The notes under the pieces are model-generated. The model had not been told where the DNA came from. It made no database searches and was given only the letters and a program-made list of their open reading frames with translations. DNA of 32,000 nt from positions 2,602 to 34,601 of the forward strand of contig CAYRPF010000009.1 in assembly GCA_964426185.1 (NCBI GenBank). Direction: 5' to 3'. This document shows, piece after piece, positions 28,204 through 32,000 of the stretch. Position 1 is the first letter of the stretch; every line of letters starts with the position of its first letter. The position numbers were made by a program, and so were the translations under genes. The stretch is from an uncultured archaeon. Lineage in GTDB: Archaea > Asgardarchaeota > Lokiarchaeia > Sigyniarchaeales > Promethearchaeaceae.

Positions 28204-28659
28204 TTATTCGTTGATGATTTCAAAAACCATCTTATCGATAATAGGCTTCTTAGTTTCTCTTTTATCAAAATACCAACCTACTATGTTGTTGGGTGTGATA
28301 ATTACCATTACACCGGTTGAAAGATAATTTAAAATTTGTAAATCCATATCATGTAATTCCTCTTTTCCATCAGGATGTGTGTGAAATTGCCAGACGATAT
28401 CAATCTGATCTTCTTCTTTATATTTCCTCATTTGGAATAATTTGCGTTTTTTCATGCGCATCCAAGATTTGGGTTTCTCATGTGCCTTAGCGGGATCCTT
28501 GGTTATCTCATATCCTTTGACTATCCCGAAATTTTCCTTGCGATCAGCAAATAACCATCCCGCAACAATTTTATTATTTTCTTCTTTTCCTTCTTTAGCT
28601 AAATCAATTAATTCATTATAAATTGGTTCTGGAATTAAGTATCTGAAATCAATGCTCAT
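28204..28659 (-). CDS. Divergent JAB/MPN (JAMM-like) domain protein
   Basis: IVAGWLFA beta strand; IVWQFHTHPDG....HDMD resembles HxHxxxxxxxSxxD. Confidence 0.7.
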   Translation of the reverse strand: MSIDFRYLIPEPIYNELIDLAKEGKEENNKIVAGWLFADRKENFGIVKGYEITKDPAKAHEKPKSWMRMKKRKLFQMRKYKEEDQIDIVWQFHTHPDGKEELHDMDLQILNYLSTGVMVIITPNNIVGWYFDKRETKKPIIDKMVFEIINE

Positions 28660-28754
28660 TTTTTTCTCCCAATAGTATATATATCCGATAAAAATTTAAT
28701 CTTATGATTCTGATAAAAAACTATCGTATTTAAGAAAAAAATAGAAGGAATTTT

Positions 28755-31736
28755 ATGAATAGCCAATTTAAGTTTTCTAAACCGGTTTGGGCCCAAGCTA
28801 AAGAAGAATTATTAAAAAATTTACAATCTAAACCTAAACATGGATTAAAATCAACCGATGCAAAAAGACGGTTAGAGATTGAAGGAGTAAATGAACTTCC
28901 CCCTCCGAAAGTAAATTTTTTCCGCATCTATCTCGCGCCCTTGTTTAACTGGTTGATAGTTGTCTATTTAATCGCGGCTTTGATCATGTTCATCTTTGGA
29001 ATTATTACAGGAGAGGGGAATATGACCATGATTTATACCACTTTGGCCATCGTAGGACTCAATTGCGTGGTTGCAGTCGTACAACAAGCTCGGGCAGTTA
29101 AAAAACTTCGGGTATTACAAGCTTTGGCGGCGCATACTTGTATAGTAATTCGGGATTCAGTTGAGCAAGAAATTTCTTCTTCAAAGTTGGTTCCAGGAGA
29201 TGTGGTATTATTGGAAACGGGAAATAGGGTTCCTGCTGATTGTCGGATATTAGAAGCGACTAATCTCCAAGTTGATGAATCCTCCCTAACAGGCGAAAGT
29301 GAACTCGTATCCAAAAATAGTGGTGAAGCACTCTCTCTTACTTTATTATCTTCGGATCTACCGCTACAGACTCAATATAATATTTTATTTTTTGGAACAT
29401 ATATCTCATCAGGTAGAGCTCGTGTATTAGTCTATGCAACTGGAGTGAATACTGAGTTAGGGAGGATATCCGAACAATTAAAACAACAACCGTTCCAAGA
29501 GATTCCCATCCAAAAGAAATTGAACAATATAGGAAAATGGTTTGCCCTCGGTGTTATTGGTTTTTGGGCAATGGTTTTGTTAATTCTCTGGATTTCGACC
29601 GGTAAGCTTGAAATTATCAAAAGTCTAAATTCTGCCATGGATATCATGCCGATTAATATTCCTTTGCTCACCACGGTTGTCATGTTAACTGGTACTCTTG
29701 CCATGGCCAACCACGGTGTAATTGTTCGTAATTTGACCTCGGTAGAAAGCTTAGGAAGGATAAGCGTATTGTGCACTGATAAAACAGGCACTTTGACCAG
29801 GGGAGAAATGTGTGTACAACATATCTGGACTCGTGGATCGCATTTTAAAGTTACTGGAAGTGGCTATATCCCTAAAGGAGAGATCTTTTTATTTGATAAT
29901 CCCCAAAATCCCCAAAAGCTTGAAGATATTCATAATTATCCCCATTTACAATTACTTCTAGCAAATTGCACTTGGAATAACAATGCGAAAATTCAATCAC
30001 CCAAGCTTCAATCTAAAAAAGAAACAGAAAGAAGATGGTCGATTATCGGCAGTCCTACTGAAGGTGCATTAGCCGTCTTGGTAAACAAACTAAAAAATAT
30101 TAGAAATTTTAGCGAAATGGAAAATTTTCTTGTGGAAAAGGTGCATGAATACGAATTTTCTTCTCAATTAAAAAGAATGAGCACCATTGTTCGGACAGAT
30201 TCTGATTCGTACTTATGTTTTACCAAGGGTGCCAGCGAAATTGTCATGGGGTGCTGTAATTGGCTGTTAGCGGAAGAAAATGAAGCCATTCCTCTAATTG
30301 ACGAGTTAAGATTGGTTATCCTAAATCGAATTACTGAATTTGAACAGCAAGGATATAGAGTTCTAAGTTTTGCTTACAAAAAATTAAAAAATATTGATTA
30401 TGAAAGTTTGGATACTGCTGAAATTCGCGATTCAATAGAATCAGACTTAATATTTATCGGGTTTGTTGCAATAATGGATTTACCTCGAGAAGGTGTTCAA
30501 GAAGCAATTCACACATGTTATCAAATGGGAATCGAAACAGTAGTAATTACCGGAGATAGTTTGCCCACTGCTACAGCTATAGGACAGCAAATTGGATTAA
30601 GACTGGAAGGTCCGAAAAGTTTACATTCTGGCAGACTTTCAAATTCAAAAGGTAAGGAAGAAATTCCTATTAACGAGAATATTGAGGACATCTCTTCAAT
30701 TAAAATATTTGCGCGTGTTTCCCCCTTGGATAAACAATTTATTGTGGAGAAGTATCATGAGCATTCTAAAATTGTTGCCATGACTGGAGATGGAGTAAAT
30801 GATGCACTGGCTTTACATGATGCGGATGTAGGTGTTGCTATGGGTATTCAAGGTACAGACATCGCAAAAGAAGCCGCAGATATGATACTTTCGGATGATA
30901 ATTTTGTCTCAATGGTCGAAGGTATAAAACAAGGACGTGGAATCTTTGCAAACATAAGGTCTTTAATCTTCTTCTTTGTATGCATAAATCTTTTTGAAGG
31001 GATTGTTCAATTCCTATTGGCAGTAATTTTAGATCTACCATATTTTTTAAGTGAAGATTTCTATTATCAATGGGTTTTTCTTTCGTTAACAGTACACATG
31101 TTTCCTGGCTTAATGTTGACTTTCGATAATGTCTCTAACGATGTGGTATACGAAAAACCTCGAAATTCTCAAGAAATAATCTCAAGAAATGTATTGATCT
31201 TACTTTTAGTCTATGGAATTTTGCTAATTTGCTCAATGTTAGCTGTTTATTTCCTTGTTTATTCGGAAACTTATTCAAAATTTCTTAAAAAAGTGTTTCC
31301 GTCTCTTTCTGGGCTTGATTTCGGAAATTTAAATCAATACTTCCTCTTTACTCCTGAAACACAAGATTTGTGGCAGAATTTGGATTTTACTACGGCTAAA
31401 ACTCTTACTATGTTAATGGTGGTTTTATTTCTATGCGAAACTTTCCTTGCGTTACAAATTAGGCGACCGAATAAGTCTCTTTGGAAAAGTATTAAACAAG
31501 ATTTAACTAAAACGGTTATTTTAGTGATTTCATTACTATATGGTTTGTTCCTTTTTATCTTATATATGCCGGGTTTCCAAATTTGGCTGATAAATCAAAG
31601 GGTTGCCTTAAATTTTGTAGCCTTGAATATTGTTGATTGGATGGTTTGTATAGTGATTTCCTTCACTTTATGTATATTACCTTTCGAAGGGGTGAAGTAC
31701 TTTTACCGAAGACACGCGGATGTAGGTGTTTTTTAA
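28755..31736 (+). CDS. P-type ATPase with a type IIA (SERCA/PMR1-like) scaffold and atypical transport-site residues
   Basis: VPADCR, DESSLTGES, CTDKTGTLT, GSPTEGAL, KRMS, KGASE, TGD, FARVSP, TGDGVND. Confidence 0.93.
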   Translation: MNSQFKFSKPVWAQAKEELLKNLQSKPKHGLKSTDAKRRLEIEGVNELPPPKVNFFRIYLAPLFNWLIVVYLIAALIMFIFGIITGEGNMTMIYTTLAIVGLNCVVAVVQQARAVKKLRVLQALAAHTCIVIRDSVEQEISSSKLVPGDVVLLETGNRVPADCRILEATNLQVDESSLTGESELVSKNSGEALSLTLLSSDLPLQTQYNILFFGTYISSGRARVLVYATGVNTELGRISEQLKQQPFQEIPIQKKLNNIGKWFALGVIGFWAMVLLILWISTGKLEIIKSLNSAMDIMPINIPLLTTVVMLTGTLAMANHGVIVRNLTSVESLGRISVLCTDKTGTLTRGEMCVQHIWTRGSHFKVTGSGYIPKGEIFLFDNPQNPQKLEDIHNYPHLQLLLANCTWNNNAKIQSPKLQSKKETERRWSIIGSPTEGALAVLVNKLKNIRNFSEMENFLVEKVHEYEFSSQLKRMSTIVRTDSDSYLCFTKGASEIVMGCCNWLLAEENEAIPLIDELRLVILNRITEFEQQGYRVLSFAYKKLKNIDYESLDTAEIRDSIESDLIFIGFVAIMDLPREGVQEAIHTCYQMGIETVVITGDSLPTATAIGQQIGLRLEGPKSLHSGRLSNSKGKEEIPINENIEDISSIKIFARVSPLDKQFIVEKYHEHSKIVAMTGDGVNDALALHDADVGVAMGIQGTDIAKEAADMILSDDNFVSMVEGIKQGRGIFANIRSLIFFFVCINLFEGIVQFLLAVILDLPYFLSEDFYYQWVFLSLTVHMFPGLMLTFDNVSNDVVYEKPRNSQEIISRNVLILLLVYGILLICSMLAVYFLVYSETYSKFLKKVFPSLSGLDFGNLNQYFLFTPETQDLWQNLDFTTAKTLTMLMVVLFLCETFLALQIRRPNKSLWKSIKQDLTKTVILVISLLYGLFLFILYMPGFQIWLINQRVALNFVALNIVDWMVCIVISFTLCILPFEGVKYFYRRHADVGVF

Positions 31737-31975
31737 TCAGAGAGATTATCGTGTTTAGGATCGAATAGTGGTATTAGCCGGATTTTTTTCAAATACCATG
31801 TATCAATCTCAAGTTCACTCTCTTGATTGAGTATTTGTTTTAACCGGGAATGGATGCAATACGCTGGAATAGGGATTTTCTTCTTAAATTGAGGGAATTC
31901 GACAATGGCCCGATTTCGTTGAATATCTCGAATTATTCCAGATAATTTAGTGTGAGTATTTCCATATGGCATCAT
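31733..31975 (-). CDS. Small hypothetical protein (80 aa)
   Basis: ATG-started ORF convergent with the ATPase, stops overlapping at TTAA; natural-looking composition. Confidence 0.55.
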   Translation of the reverse strand: MMPYGNTHTKLSGIIRDIQRNRAIVEFPQFKKKIPIPAYCIHSRLKQILNQESELEIDTWYLKKIRLIPLFDPKHDNLSD

Positions 31976-32000
31976 ATTTTAATTCACTCAAGATTATAAT

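Overview
AT-rich archaeal chromosomal window, most likely from an Asgard archaeon (Lokiarchaeia-like). This is inferred from archaeal information-processing genes (PAN, PUA protein, NAC, aMBF1, MfnA, tRNA-Ser without CCA) sitting beside a Rab-like small GTPase and bacterial-type metabolic genes. The right half carries a near-complete lysine fermentation cluster: kat-like aminotransferase and kce, then kdd-kamA-kamB-kamC-kamD-kamE. A head-to-head insert with an Lrp regulator and a degenerate PepD homologue splits the cluster. The most notable unexplained signal is a 190-220 nt non-coding element present twice in opposite orientations (about 566-780 + and 13606-13790 -). The copies share collinear conserved motifs and base-pairing potential, so this is a candidate undescribed structured RNA family. 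Other unusual items: a Rab-like GTPase with an NPF-rich disordered tail and Zn ribbon; an EamA transporter fused to an Lrp/AsnC (RAM) domain and followed by two stand-alone RAM proteins; a P2A-like ATPase with a PINIP TM4 motif in place of PEGLP; a triplicated 23-bp BRE/TATA-like repeat; and a NAC with a basic N-terminal extension. All calls are by eye from motifs; no searches were run.
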